Part shown: positions 12,005 through 31,045 of the stretch, in pieces
How positions within the stretch are numbered: the stretch's first letter is position 1
Layout: the number at the start of each line of letters is the position of its first letter
Assembly: GCA_000708835.1 (NCBI GenBank)
Contig: DF237048.1
Span: forward strand, 1 to 64,000
Origin: Klebsormidium nitens
Lineage: Eukaryota; Plantae; Klebsormidiophyceae
Direction: 5' to 3'
DNA: 64,000 nucleotides
The notes under the pieces: generated by a model
What the model saw: only the letters and a program-made list of their open reading frames with translations
What the model was told of the DNA's origin: nothing
The model's database searches: none
Program-made: the position numbers and the translations under genes

Positions 12005-14234
12005 CTAAAAGGTGAGGATGGTAGGTACAGGCTCCTCCGTAGACTTGTGCTCGCTCGAAGAGCCAACCTTAGAGTCAGAGGCATGTGTGGAGGCCAGTTT
12101 CTGCACAGAAGAACTTGGTTTAATTCTGCATTTGCATTCTTTTGATTAGCGCGTGATAAAAGCGGAATTTGATGGAAAATGGTCTTGACTTTATCGTAAC
12201 AACCTCGCGTACAGGTGTTAATAATGCGAAACTGATACCCATAAATCGGACGACCCCCTTTCTTTGATGCATACAATGACTGGTCTACAATTTAGCACAG
12301 TCCGGGCAGCTTGTCTGCTCTGTCAACCAGCCATGACTCATTGAAGAAAAGACTTACCTGCTTTTTGCTCAGATTCTGCACAGAATGTCGTACCCAGGCG
12401 CAAGACGATACACATCTCTTCTCACCATACAGAACCTCAAGGTGGATGCAGCCAGCGAGTGCCGGCGCTCGTCAAGTGTACGAAATGCAGAATACTGTGG
12501 GAATGGGTTGGTATCAAAGTGCTTGACATACCTCTTCATACTTGGACTTCTTCTCCAGAAGCTTCTCCATCTTCTTCGCAATCTTCTCAAGCTTCTCGTG
12601 CAGGTACTTCGGATCCTTCTCCTTATCTTCCTTCTCCTTCTTCTTCTTCTCCTTCTTCTCTTCCTTCTCTTTCTCCTTTTTGTCCTTCTTCTCCTTCTTC
12701 TTCTGCAGGGAGTCCAAGGTAGCTTCAGAGCCTTGGCAAGTGTGATAATTCAGTGGGTCGCAAGCAGTCAGCCTCGAGAACAGCCGCGAGAAAAATCAAT
12801 TGATCAGAAAAAGCAGCGCGGATGACTGTCCGAAGCAGACGAACAAGAGGTAACAAAGTGTGAGCCTGCTCGCATATTTCACTAAGATACGAGTTCCATT
12901 TCTTGCAACTTCAGGAAGTCCACTCTCCCATGCCTGGATATGATGAAACTCAGTGAAGGTGTTGTCAGCCAGCTCGAGCAGTACGAGCGAGCATGCAACA
13001 AAACAGTGATCTCTTTCAGAACCAGTGGTTGCTGTCCCCAGCCTAGCCTGTTACATTTTTCCATTCAGAAAAGAGAAGCAACGAGTCAACTCTTAGAACG
13101 AAGTTGGTTGAGCAAAAGCCAACACTCGCTGCCTCTCACCTTCTTGCGCTCCTCCTCGTCACCGCTTTCCTCATCATCTGCGCTCTCCTCGTCCTCTGAC
13201 TTGCTCTTGTCCTTCTGCACATGAGTCAGAAGAGGACCTAAGAGAGGCTTTCCATTCATTGGGGGACGACAGCAGAAAGCTGTGCAGGTGTCTACTTTTG
13301 GTGACTATAAACATCAGCTCCCAGGCACAGAGGTAGGCTGCCACAGAAAAAGAGGATCGAGAGCAGAAACAGCTAACTACAAGCAGTAATCGGATAATTT
13401 GGAATGCAAGAAGCGCCTACTTGAGGAAAACCCTAATAATTCGCGCCAGACATTAGCTACCAGAGGGACAATATTGACTGACTGTGACAGCCACATGTGC
13501 TTACCTTGTCCTTCTTCTCCTTCTTGTCCTTCTTTTCCTTCTTCTCCTTCTTCTCCTCCTTGTCCTTCTTCCCCTCCTTGTCCTTCTCCTTCTGTATACA
13601 GCACAAAGAGTTGCGTAAGTGCTACTTTGAAATACTAGTTGTCCCGAAAACATGGTCACTGTCGTCAAAGCTTCAAGGCTGCAAGTACTCAAAATATGAA
13701 GCAATAACTGGACTATGTGAATCTCTTCGAAGTATTAAATACTGACAAGCAAGTTGGGCACGAATTTGGTTGATGAAGCGGCGAGAATGCTGTTTCAAAA
13801 GACAGGTCGGGTGTGAACCAGAGGGGGCAGTTGACCATTCTGAACATATGAATCAGAGTTTTCTTTCGTCTAGTTTCAAGAATCAAAGCTCAACCACCGA
13901 TTCGACAACTTGAAAGACACTTCTCTTCTGGTCTGCTTTTCATTATTCAACCAGCAATACAGCGCTGTACACATAAACTTGCGCCGCTGCTGCTTATCTC
14001 TCCAATTATGCCAATTGCAACTTGGGATCGAGCAAGCAAAGTTTGGTAGTGTCGACACAATGACCACACCTTCTCAGGCTCCTCCTTGGTTGCATCCTTG
14101 CTGGAGACCTCCATTTTGTCGTCTGCGTGCGCTTCCTTCAGCTTGGAACCATCCGCCTGCAGCTTCCCCTTGATTTCCCCTGAATCCAACCTGCTCTCGG
14201 CGAGCTTGCTTACCATTGGCTCCTCTCCCCCCAT
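12005..14234 (-). CDS. KED-like Lys/Glu/Asp-rich protein; 6 exons
   Basis: Minus-strand exons 14234-14070, 13591-13505, 13214-13140, 12702-12532, 12375-12358, 12100-12005, all GT-AG and phase 0. They encode K/E/D-rich tracts followed by KDPKYLHEKLEKIAKKMEKLLEKKSKYEE. The last two exons are less certain. Confidence 0.7.
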
Positions 14235-15021
14235 GCTTCAAGTTGATGATACAAACCTCGCAAGGAACGTCAGAAATGGAAGCACGCTCGGACAGAAGAA
14301 GACAGAGGCGCCTCAGGACTTGCCTAGGAGCAATCAAGCGGGAATCAAGCGTGCGCCTTTGCTCCCTTGTTCACAAGTTTTCAGGATGAAAGCAGGCCTA
14401 CAAACGATACATAAGCTATATATCGAGGCTATACGCGATGTCCTAAGGGGATCCCGGGTGTTGGTTCCGACCTGCGTCGTGAGTGTGCCAAGTGGCAGAA
14501 CAAACCACGTGCGTAGCTCTCTCAATCAGGCGGACTGCGATTATGATCCCCGCATTGCATTTGGTAGGAAGTCCGAAGAACAGCATGGAGGCATTCTTCC
14601 TGCTGTAGCCAGTGTAGGTTCGTGCACCTGGCCTGCTCCTATTAGTGAATCATACTGATCAACAGCTTTTCACACAGACTGAGATTAACACAAGAACGCT
14701 CGTTGCAAAGTGGTGGTCGCTGTTTGAGAGACGTTGGCGACTTGTCCAGCGTGCGCTGGTGTGTACACCCTGCGATACAGATCTGCATCGCTGTGCGTTC
14801 AAAGGTTCCTGTGGAAATTCCTCAGGAAGTTGGAACTCCTTACTGTGGACGATCAATTCTGGCATCAATGCTCACATCCATGCAATTCAAGCAGAGCGCT
14901 AACTGAGCAGAAGTACTCTAGTCAAAGGTGGACCCGCCACCATTCACACCACCACTGGTCTTCAAATATGAGGAGGCGTCAATAAGCTGTAGCAAAGTGC
15001 GGGCGTGACTAACTCTGAAAA

Positions 15022-16374
15022 ATGACACCTGCAATGGGTCTCTGGGCCATTTTTGAAACTGCCTGCTACCCGGTCGCCCAAGTCCTGCTCCTGTGCTTGG
15101 TCGGCGCAGTCCTAGCTAGTCGCCGAGTCAACAAGTTCTCTCCCGACGCTAGGAAACACTTGAACCACATGGTCTTTCTAGTCTTCACGCCCGCGCTCGT
15201 ATTCGTCAACCTAGGGCCGGCCGCCACGATCGCAGCACTCTGGCAGTGGTGGTTCCTCCCTTTTAGCGTCCTGATAAACACAATCCTTGGGGCCTGTCTA
15301 GGTTACTTAGTTGTGGCCTTGACCAAACCGCCGCCGCACCTAGTTAGGCTGACAGTCGCTTGCTGCGCAGTTGGGAACATGAGCAACCTTCCGCTGGTGC
15401 TCATCGGAGCCATCTGCTCGAACTCAGGCGCCGTCTTTGGGCCCGAATGCTCTTCGCAGGGACTGGCGTACTCGTCCTACGGAATGGTGATGGGAGTCAT
15501 TGCAATGTGGGTCTTCGCTTACCCATACCTCGAGCCCCCCCATGAGACTGATGAGCTGCTCAACAGTCTATGCCACCGTGAGCCTTCTGAGGAACCTTCC
15601 TCTCTCTCGGCTGCGGAAGACATAGGTTCAGACAAAGAGGGGGTGGCGTTTGAAGCAATGGTTGATGGTCACGATCAGCCACAGCCAGCGGGAGGTTGTC
15701 CACCGATAACTTGGTCAGATAGATTTGAGAGCAATGATGACAGGGGTCTTTCACCGGGACTACAAGCAACGAGGGATGTTGTAAACTCCAGTACGGAGCC
15801 ATTCGCCGATGAGCGCATTCGGGGTGGGCCGAAATGTTGGGAGTGGCAGAGTTTCTTAGGGCGTCAAAGGTGGGATAGGATAATCACCCCTCCGGTTAGC
15901 GGAGTGATCTGTGCAATCCTAGTGGGTGCAATCAGCCCCCTCAAGAGCGCACTTTTCGGGCCGAATGCACGATTCAAGCTGCTGACGGACGTCATTGTGA
16001 ACTTAGCAGCCGCGATGACTCCGTGCATGATGCTGGTGTTGGGGGGGAACATAGCGGAGGGCCCCAGAGCGTCAGCGTTGAAGGCTCAGACTATTCTGGG
16101 CATTGGTTGTGTCCGGCTGATTGTCCTGCCGGTACTAGGCATTGGAGTTCTGAAGTGCGCAGATGCGCTGTCGCTGCTCCCTCCGAACGACCCCCTCTTC
16201 CGGTTTGTGGTGCTCTTGCTATCCGCTATGCCAACCACACACAACATTGGCATAGCCGCAACGATGCACGGGACCCGGGAGCTGGAGACATCGGCGCTTC
16301 TCTTTTGGTCCTATCTTGCCTCCACGTTGACCATACCTGTATTCATGATGCTGTTTTTGTACTATCTCCTTTGA
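15022..16374 (+). CDS. PILS: PIN-LIKES (PILS) auxin efflux carrier family membrane protein, single exon (start may be ATG 15034)
   Basis: 450-aa ORF with two hydrophobic TM bundles separated by a hydrophilic loop. PILS-type motifs: PVAQVLL, VFTPALVF, WWFLP, CAVGNMSNLPLVLIGAIC, PCMMLVLGGN, DPLFRFVVLL, AMPT. Confidence 0.93.
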   Translation: MTPAMGLWAIFETACYPVAQVLLLCLVGAVLASRRVNKFSPDARKHLNHMVFLVFTPALVFVNLGPAATIAALWQWWFLPFSVLINTILGACLGYLVVALTKPPPHLVRLTVACCAVGNMSNLPLVLIGAICSNSGAVFGPECSSQGLAYSSYGMVMGVIAMWVFAYPYLEPPHETDELLNSLCHREPSEEPSSLSAAEDIGSDKEGVAFEAMVDGHDQPQPAGGCPPITWSDRFESNDDRGLSPGLQATRDVVNSSTEPFADERIRGGPKCWEWQSFLGRQRWDRIITPPVSGVICAILVGAISPLKSALFGPNARFKLLTDVIVNLAAAMTPCMMLVLGGNIAEGPRASALKAQTILGIGCVRLIVLPVLGIGVLKCADALSLLPPNDPLFRFVVLLLSAMPTTHNIGIAATMHGTRELETSALLFWSYLASTLTIPVFMMLFLYYLL

Positions 16375-17548
16375 AAGCCAGACTCCCAATCCAAGCATGC
16401 AAGCACCGATCGCCACACATAGGCTCTGAATCAGCCGCCTGAAACAGCTCCGGCCAATGATCAGTTGCCATAAGTAAACAAACTTATGGCACGGGTTGCA
16501 AGTCACTGACCACAGTCTGCATGGCCATGATCGAGATCAGGCTCTGCGCACATGCTCAGTATACTTCTGTAGAACTCCTCTTGAACGCTGATTAGTCAGT
16601 GTACTTTTATGATAGGTTAGCAGGCTTGGATAAAACGCCCTGCATGCTTCACGCCAGACTTTGATTTCGAGTTGTTCAAAATGTCCTGGCCAGTGACATC
16701 TACCGTCATATGTACTTAGCTACTAGCGCCACATGAGCCCGCGGGCCGTAAGGATCCAGATGACTTGACCAATAGCTGCATTACGATGTTAGATATGAGT
16801 TGTTCAATCCTGAGATCATGCATTGCTACCGTACAATGCAGCAAAACTGTAGATTGCGACGTATTGAACTGCAATGATGTGACGGCGCACGCGTGTGATC
16901 CCATCTTTGCCGGCGCGCTTGTTTAATGTTCAAACCTCAATGTTGACGATCATGGTGCATGCTAATGCAATCATGCACGCTCGGCGCCAAACTTATATCT
17001 GTTCCACTCGTAATACAGCTATATATAGCCATGCATGATGTCAACTTCCTGATCGAATTATATCTGCAAATGAGCCTAACACATGTGTGCTACAACCCAA
17101 GATCCTACAGTGCTAGGCCGATACGGTAGATTTATGAAGATTCGAACGATTTGTGTCTCTGTTACCAGGTAACGCTCTAGCTCAAATGATTGACCATCAT
17201 TCGTAAGGACATCATTTTTCCATATGCAAACAGATGGTGGACACTGACAGCCTGTCAAGCTGCCCATTCGCCATGAGAAACTCAGCTCAACTCTGGAATC
17301 AGAACAAACAAACGTTCGATGAGCTGTTGATCGCCTTGACAAATGAAGACCGTAACCGACAGACTATGTAGCCCACTGCCATGCAAGTTTCTCCTACTGA
17401 TTTTGACTTTATGAGTAGGAGAGACTCAGCGAGCTTGAGTGCATTCGCTGGGCGCAACGCCTAATAAGCTGAATCCGAGTTTGTCAACATCAGACGCAAC
17501 TGTAACTTATGTACCTGACAACTCCGATGCAAGACTCCGTTCCTCGAC

Positions 17549-23517
<5,969 letters not shown>

Positions 23518-24260
23518 GACGGTGCCCTCTGAATAACTTTGGCGCAAACCCTGCAACTTTAAAACTGCTCTCAGTCACCTTTTAAGAGCTTGTGTCCAGA
23601 TAAAGGAATCCAATTCGTCTCATAAGGAAGGAAGATATTGAATTGGCAAGCACAAACTTCCTTCCTCTCACAAACTGCTCCCGGTCTCCGTCGATTGGTC
23701 CACAAAGCCCTCTTCAAATCTGCCAAACTCTTTGACACGAGGTAAGATAGTTCCTGAGAAAGGCGTCCAAGGTCACAGATGCGCTGCAAAGCGCACAGGT
23801 CGGAGCAAGGGAGGAAAGTCGGAAGCTAGCTCTGGGCTGCAAGAATCGAATTGCAGCACCCTGGGCCTGGCCCTGGGCCTTTGACTCTGACTCTGAGATT
23901 CAATCGAGACTAGACATTGCGGCTCATGGTGTCGCTGAATATACTCACTTGGTCGTGAAGACAAGGAAAGTTTCTCATACCCGAGCACCCTTGGGCTTCG
24001 CTTTGAGGGCTTCTGTCGCATCTGAGATGGTCGGTAGATATCCGCCGGCTGGGTACACCCCATAAGCGGCGACCGCATGTGCCTTTAAGAGTTGTATGAC
24101 GTCATCAATTTTTCAAATTGTCAAGGCTCCAGCTTCCATGGCGCTGCCACGTGGCTTCCCCCTCCGGAGTGCGGCGTGACCGAGTAAATGATGCATTATG
24201 CTGTGCGACTTGATCACTTCCTTGCATGCGTTGTTTTCATGTCCAAGAATCGAAGCAACA

Positions 24261-27200
24261 ATGGCGTCTCCTTGCTGCTGGGGCCCTTCTGGCGGACTTG
24301 GCGAACTGTCATGGAGGGACACGGCGGGGCAGGCAGCCGTCCGACTTATGATGGAACTCAGCATGTTGAAGGGACGACTCCAAGAACAGGAGGGGAGGAC
24401 CAGGAATGCGGAAGAAAGAGTAAGTTGAAATCTGCTTATAACACCAAGACATATGCATCAAAGTGTAAGGTCTCGCAGCATTGCTTTGTGTTTTACCGGC
24501 CTGGCATCTTCTACATGCCATCGCTGAAGCAATAGTCGTTGAAAGTTCACAGCATTGCGTTTTTAGGGTTTGCAGGAAAAGGGACCTTGTGCTCTTATTT
24601 CGACGTCAGGAGATGAATTAATCAATCTGCAGCTTATGCTGGATGACTAGGTTCACAGAGCGGGTATGGAGCGAGGAAAACTTCTAGTACGGTACCTTGG
24701 TTAGTCCAACCTTGCTGTGCTCACTGATTACGACAAGCAATGCACCAATTGCTGGATACTTTGTGAAGCGGGCTGCTCACACAATTTCACAGCCAACAAT
24801 TCTTCAAGCAGTGCATTTAACCCTATGATATGTGCAATTGCTTTTTGGCATCTAGGATCTCAGATGGCAGTTCCACTGTGCCTGAGCTTCCTGTGCTGAT
24901 CCAGTCTTCTTCTCAGTCTACATTCTATCATTTCCTTTTTCCTCCACTCCCAACAGCAAGGGCTCATCCTTTTCCTGGGTTTAGGTCCAAGCTAGACTTC
25001 TCAAGCGGCTCTGCTCAACCAGGCGCAATTACATCGATACATCCCGAAAGCCAGTTCCGCAATCTCAAAGGGCTGAAACTGCAGCGTGCTCTTTCCAGGC
25101 AGCTGTTGCAGAGAAAGAGCGCGAAGCACACCGGAAGACGCTTCAGCAGCTCCAAGCTGCAGAGAAGGAGAACGAGACCCTGCTGAACGTTATTCAGAAG
25201 CATAGCGAGATAATCCAAAGGGTAAAGCACAAGGAACAAGAGCTGGACACCGAAGCAGGCGGGATCAAGGTCGCTCTTAAGAGTGCACAGAGTGAGAATG
25301 TGGAGCTGCGAAGAGAGATGGCGAGAGTGACGAGGGAGAAGAACGAAGCGGAGCACCTGGCAGGGTGAGAACAGGGACAGACTTTCGTTGCTGCGGAATG
25401 GGCGCATGATTTGCCGTACTTGTGAAGAAGTTTTGTGGCAGCTTGAGTGTCTGGAGCAATCGACGGGGTATTCCTCTTACATGATGACGCGGAAATGTCA
25501 GATTGAAGCTTTGGTGGGAAGGAAGAACCTTTCAGAAGCCGTGGGGGGGACTTTGCTCAATAGTGACCCTCTTTCCAACGAACAGGTCGCCAACGTCTTG
25601 GAACGCTGAGTTCAGCAAATGGCACAGTCACAAACGTGGGATTATTAGCCAAAGGTTGAAGAAAGTATTTGAGAGACGAACGACTTATGCCAGAGCTTTC
25701 TCCTATTTCAACCCACTTTCTCTGGTCCGTCAGGCAGATTGCCTTCGCGCTGTCAACGCTGAGCTCAGCGAGGGGTACAGCCACAACAAAGACGTAGCGG
25801 CAGTGGAAAGAGGCTTACTTTTGATCTCAAGCTTCGAAATCGAAAGCTCATCGTTATCTGAAAACGAAAATTCAGCTACTTTGCATTCTCCACACAGGCA
25901 GATCGCCGATGCCCTCGACGCTGAGCTCAGCAAGGGGCACAGCTACGACGAGGACGTGGCGGCGGTGGAGGCGCGGTTGCGCGAAGCGCAGGCCGCACAG
26001 GAACAGCTGGCGCAGGAGAAGCAGGACTTGCAGCGAGCGTGTAGCCGCATGACGCGGGACCTCAAGTGAGGCTTCATTTCTATTCCNNNNNNNNNNNNNN
26101 NNNNNNNNNNNNNNNNNNNNNNNNNNNNNNNNNNNNNNNNNNNNNNNNNNNNNNNNNNNNNNNNNNNNNNNNNNNNNNNNNNNNNNNNNNNNNNNNNNNN
26201 NNNNNNNNNNNNNNNNNNNNNNNNNNNNNNNNNNNNNNNNNNNNNNNNNNNNNNNNNNNNNNNNNNNNNNNNNNNNNNNNNNNNNNNNNNNNNNNNNNNN
26301 NNNNNNNNNNNNNNNNNNNNNNNNNNNNNNNNNNNNNNNNNNNNNNNNNNNNNNNNNNNNNNNNNNNNNNNNNNNNNNNNNNNNNNNNNNNNNNNNNNNN
26401 NNNNNNNNNNNNNNNNNNNNNNNNNNNNNNNNNNNNNNNNNNNNNNNNNNNNNNNNNNNNNNNNNNNNNNNNNNNNNNNNNNNNNNNNNNNNNNNNNNNN
26501 NNNNNNNNNNNNNNNNNNNNNNNNNNNNNNNNNNNNNNNNNNNNNNNNNNNNNNNNNNNNNNNNNNNNNNNNNNNNNNNNNNNNNNNNNNNNNNNNNNNN
26601 NNNNNNNCCTTCTTGGTCATGGAATCATATAGGTACACCGAGCTTGTTAGGTAGAGCGTTGAAGCTGCTTCGGGGCCTCAAAGAAGCGATCCTGTGGCCA
26701 CATTGTGAGGCTTGGAAACTAAGCGCAGACCGCTTGGCTTGGAATTCTTGTGTAACATGTCGTACGCCAGAAATGACTGTCGCAACATACTGCTTTCAAG
26801 TTTGCACTGTTCTCTGCAGCCCGTCGATGAACGCAGGGTCGAGTTGCTTGCAGTGCTCAGTATATCTCGGTTAAGCACGGGGTCAGAGGCCGGGTCTGTG
26901 GGGCGATTGACTGTCCGACCCCTTCCGCATTGTCCTTTTAATGAGACGGTTTTGAGTTTTTGTGTACAGGGCTGCAAAGGAGAGAGTAGAGGAGGCCGCC
27001 GTCAAGGAGCGTTCCGCTTCGATCAAGCTCGGCAAGGTGAATATTCACGCTATTGATGACGGGAATCCGAAAAGTTGCGGCACTTTCTGGTTTGCCAGTT
27101 CAAGTTTCGAAACTCAAAGGTTCTGAACCGGGATGCGCTGCTGCTGGTCCCCGTTCTGAGTTCTTACCTCCTTCCCGCCCTCGATCAGAATGAATATCCA

Positions 27201-29491
27201 TGGAAGATCGCGGAAGGTTCACATTTGCATCACCTGCATATACCTAGCCCATAGCGGGGCACTGAATGTGACCCCACTGCTGACAGGCGGCAGTCGAGGC
27301 GAGCCAGATCCGGAAACAGCTGGACGCCCAAGCGAACCGGAACAAGGAGCTGCTGTCCGAAAACGGACGGTGAGCCGTCCGCTTCCGTTCCACCTTTGGA
27401 GTAATTACTTTGTTCGCACAATCTGGCGGTTGACGGCAAAACGTCAGCAATGCGAGGTGGTTGACGAGAGTGGCAACAAATTCTCGATGAGTGACGGCGC
27501 GCTTTCGGAGCGAGGTACGGACTGATGATCCGCTTTTGCCTGTACGAACTATTCTTTCTTTGGATCTTGCCCTCAGCCAAACGTCCAAGGTTCAAATCCG
27601 GTCATAGGCAGGTTATCTCTAAATCTCAAGAATGATAACGACCAGCCAAGAGAATATGAAGCTCCGACCAACACGGAAAACATAACCCAAAAAAGGACCA
27701 GCTCCGCAAACGAATCCTACCCGTCCCAGTACGGTTTCCTTGTCATCATTTTGGCTTATTGTTGCCTTTCTCGCGTTTGAGACTATGTGGGCCCATGTTC
27801 TCAACAACCGACGTTCTTCCGGGCCTCGTGCGCTGCCGTGTACTCTGGCCATGACGACGAGGCTAAAATCTGGGTGCGGTAAAACTCGACTTGCTGTAAA
27901 CATCCGACTCGTTCGCAATCATACAAAGTGCTGCCCGTGCTGCGACCACCCGAGTGGTCAGTAACACGGTCAACGGACGAACCGAGGGTCGTTGCTTACG
28001 GACAGGCTTTACACGCGGTCAATTCGCACGCCTCACGTACAATTGTGCGCGCACTGACCACCCGAATGGGTAACAACGGAATCAAAGAACGAACCGAGCC
28101 TGACTGCTTACGGACAGGCCTTCCCTTCTTGCTTTCTGCGCAGCTTACAAGAAACGTGCGCGCTACACTTACCTAATCAGTCACGACGAGGTCAGAGAAT
28201 CAGCCTGATTTCAGGTCAGCCCTTGACCCGTGGTTTGGAGCAGGTTACAAGAGGAGGTGCGCGCGCTGCGAATCAACGACTGGGTCATCATCCCAACCCA
28301 GTTCAGTGCTTATCGTCTGCCCTTAACCCGTGGTTTCTGCGCAGGTTACAAGAGGAGGTGCGCCTGCTGCGGGCTACACTGGCACAAAGGGAAGTCCTGA
28401 TTCGAGACTTGAGAGAAGGCGTCGACACCAGCGCATCTGCGGAGGCGGAGATGAAGACCCTAGAAATCAGGTAAACCACAACCCATGTTAGACCAGAAAC
28501 AGGTTTAAACAGGTCCGGTGTGCCGTTCAGCCTGGCAAGTTGAGCGCAGCCTAACTACTTTGCCGTGGGTACCGTGGCGGCCCTGGAGAGCCGGTTCCCG
28601 TTCCGTCCGGCAGGGCGTTATTAAGCTCAGACAGGGAAGCGGAGTCAATGGGGAACAGGCGACATCTTTTTGAAACGCAAAGCACGTGCAGCTCGCGGCC
28701 GATGAACATATTACGTGCGCGACCCAATCGAAGCCGAAGTCAACCATCTTCGCACCAACCGCCTTTCTGCGTTGTCGTTGTGTTGCTCTTGTCTCCTTTA
28801 TCCTGGAGGAGGAACGGTGCGTTTTCAATTACTTTCGTCCGTTCGCAGACCAGAACGCCGGCAGACGTTGTGCCGCGAGAGTCGTTGAGGCGGGTCCTTG
28901 CCACTTGAAAAGACAAACGCCTTTTGAATCTCTTCTTTTGATCCGTTTCCCTGACCGCAGTCACGAAAAGAACGAGGAATTCGACAAGGCCACCTGTCGC
29001 GGACGCAAGCCCTCTGCTGTAGTCTCGACTTTCAAGGCTTGGACCTTGAGAGACCTATTTTCTTGAGAGACCTATCCAATCTTCTCGTAAGAGATTGCTG
29101 CCAGCAGAGTGACGGCTTATCCGCCGGTCTCGCGAACGCGTGTACACGCACACAGCGAGTATCGTGGTCAGCTTGCGCGCTTGGCAATCTCCTCTAGGAA
29201 ATGCTGACTAAAGTCCTTCTGATGTCTGCAAAGGAAGGAAAGAACCTAACCTCTTTCCGTTTTCGCTGCAGGCGGTCGCCTTCCGCGAGCAGTCTACCTG
29301 GCAAAGGCACGCCCCGCACGCCGTCCGGAGAGCGCTCCTCGACGAGGATCTCAATGAAGAAGCTGGGCGATGGTAGCGGGTTTGTCGACAAGCGTTGCAC
29401 CGACGGCCAGCTTTCTGCGCGTTCCGTTGAGCCCGGGTTTGAGAGCGGAAAAGTTGAGCTGAGCCGGATCCCCGTTGCGGCAGCTGGCTAG
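24261..29491 (+). CDS. Coiled-coil protein of unknown function; about 7 exons, head-to-head with the MAPK
   Basis: Exons 24261-24419, 25099-25364, 25898-26065, 26970-27036, 27287-27369, 28345-28470, 29272-29491 are phase-consistent and rich in E/K/R/Q/L/A heptad-like sequence. The start codon and the terminal exon frame are uncertain. Confidence 0.7.
26087..26607. other. Assembly gap (N run) inside an intron of the coiled-coil gene
   Basis: 521 N. Confidence 1.
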
Positions 29492-31045
29492 CGACGGTCA
29501 CCCGGGGGAACGAAACGAAATGACAATACGAAAGCTTGAGAGGGCGCCTACGATCGATAAGGCGGGGAGAACTGAGCTGTTTCGTGTATAGGATGACCGG
29601 CCTGTCTAATTTGCAGTGCAGCCGGCTAGGTGCAGTAGGTGGCAAATATACTAATGTGCTCCTATATATAAACTATAGGTCTAAGTGGCAAGGGCGATCC
29701 TCGAAGAGATGCAGTGACGTCATGGAGGCAGTACTGCACACTTGATAAGATTCACCGGCATGCCCATCACACATTGACCGCTTTTACAAAAACTGAGCCG
29801 TTGCGACTGGCGAGTTGCGTCAGTGCTTGCTTCACCGGTACTAACTCCTGGAAAGCAATTATTGGATGCGGTGCCAGTCCTTCCCGCGTACCGCGTGCTT
29901 CATTGCGCGATCAAAGGTTACGACTACCATCTTAGCGGGCTAGGTATAAACGAAATAAAGGTGGCGAGACTCGTCGGCGTGTACGATGTTTTAATTGCTT
30001 CTCTCCTACATGCACTCGCGTATACACGGGTCGCCCGCATGCATGCCACTGATAGAAATGTTGACTGAGTACGGTCAGGTCCAGCTGCCGCCATGCTTAT
30101 CTGCAGACTGACCGCGCGCGCTCGATCCGACGTTAGTATCGTACGGTATTTGGCAAAAAGGGCCGCGGCCGGCGCGGAAGGTCTAAAGATAAGACGTGCT
30201 TTTGAAGGCGTCGATCAACATACCGCGAGCCTGCTAGAATGTTTAATGTTAGAGCACGTACACCGTGGCGCCAAACTCATTCATTCCAATCTCTGGCCGA
30301 GCCGCACATGCATGCTCATAGCAGCTTGATACGATGCGGTTTAAATGTGACGTCACATGCGCAGATGAATCTCCACAGCCGGAGCTTTCATACACGTTCC
30401 AAGTTGCATCTTGGACGTGCTTCGCAATGACGTCTAGTCTTATTGATATGTTCGTCATCTTTCATGCTGCTTGGGTGTTGTAAGTGAGTCAAATCTGATC
30501 AGCACTGCGGCAGACAAGCCGGATCGCCTCCGCCTATAAGCAGGCACAATCAACAATCTATTGGTTCACAATCTATTTTAGCAACCTCGTTTCTAGCATT
30601 ATTACTTCAACCCTTAACCTCTCTAGATGGACCAATTTGACGGCCCAAAGGCTGCTTATGCAGCAACGGAGCAGCCGTTACAACCTGCATGGACGCTAAT
30701 ATAAAGGCCAGAGCAGAGCCAGTAACTCTGACCTGATCCTTTGTGCAAGCGACCGCGCGCTACTGAACTTGTCCTACGCAGGCTTTGCTTGAAAATCTTT
30801 AGACGCATAAGCTTTCTGGATGCTGGAGGGCGAGCCGGGGGACGTGGTCAAACGCCTGATTATTGGCTTGCTTCCCCTTTTGCACTTTCTTAATATGTTA
30901 CAAAACTACAACTCAAGATTAGTAACCCTCAGTCTAAACAACAAACAAGACTAACCCGTTAGTACGTACCCGCAACACCCAAACCCCAACCCAACCGAAA
31001 GGACAACTCGTTTCCCTGTGCTCCCTAGTGAGAGTGCGTGCGAAA

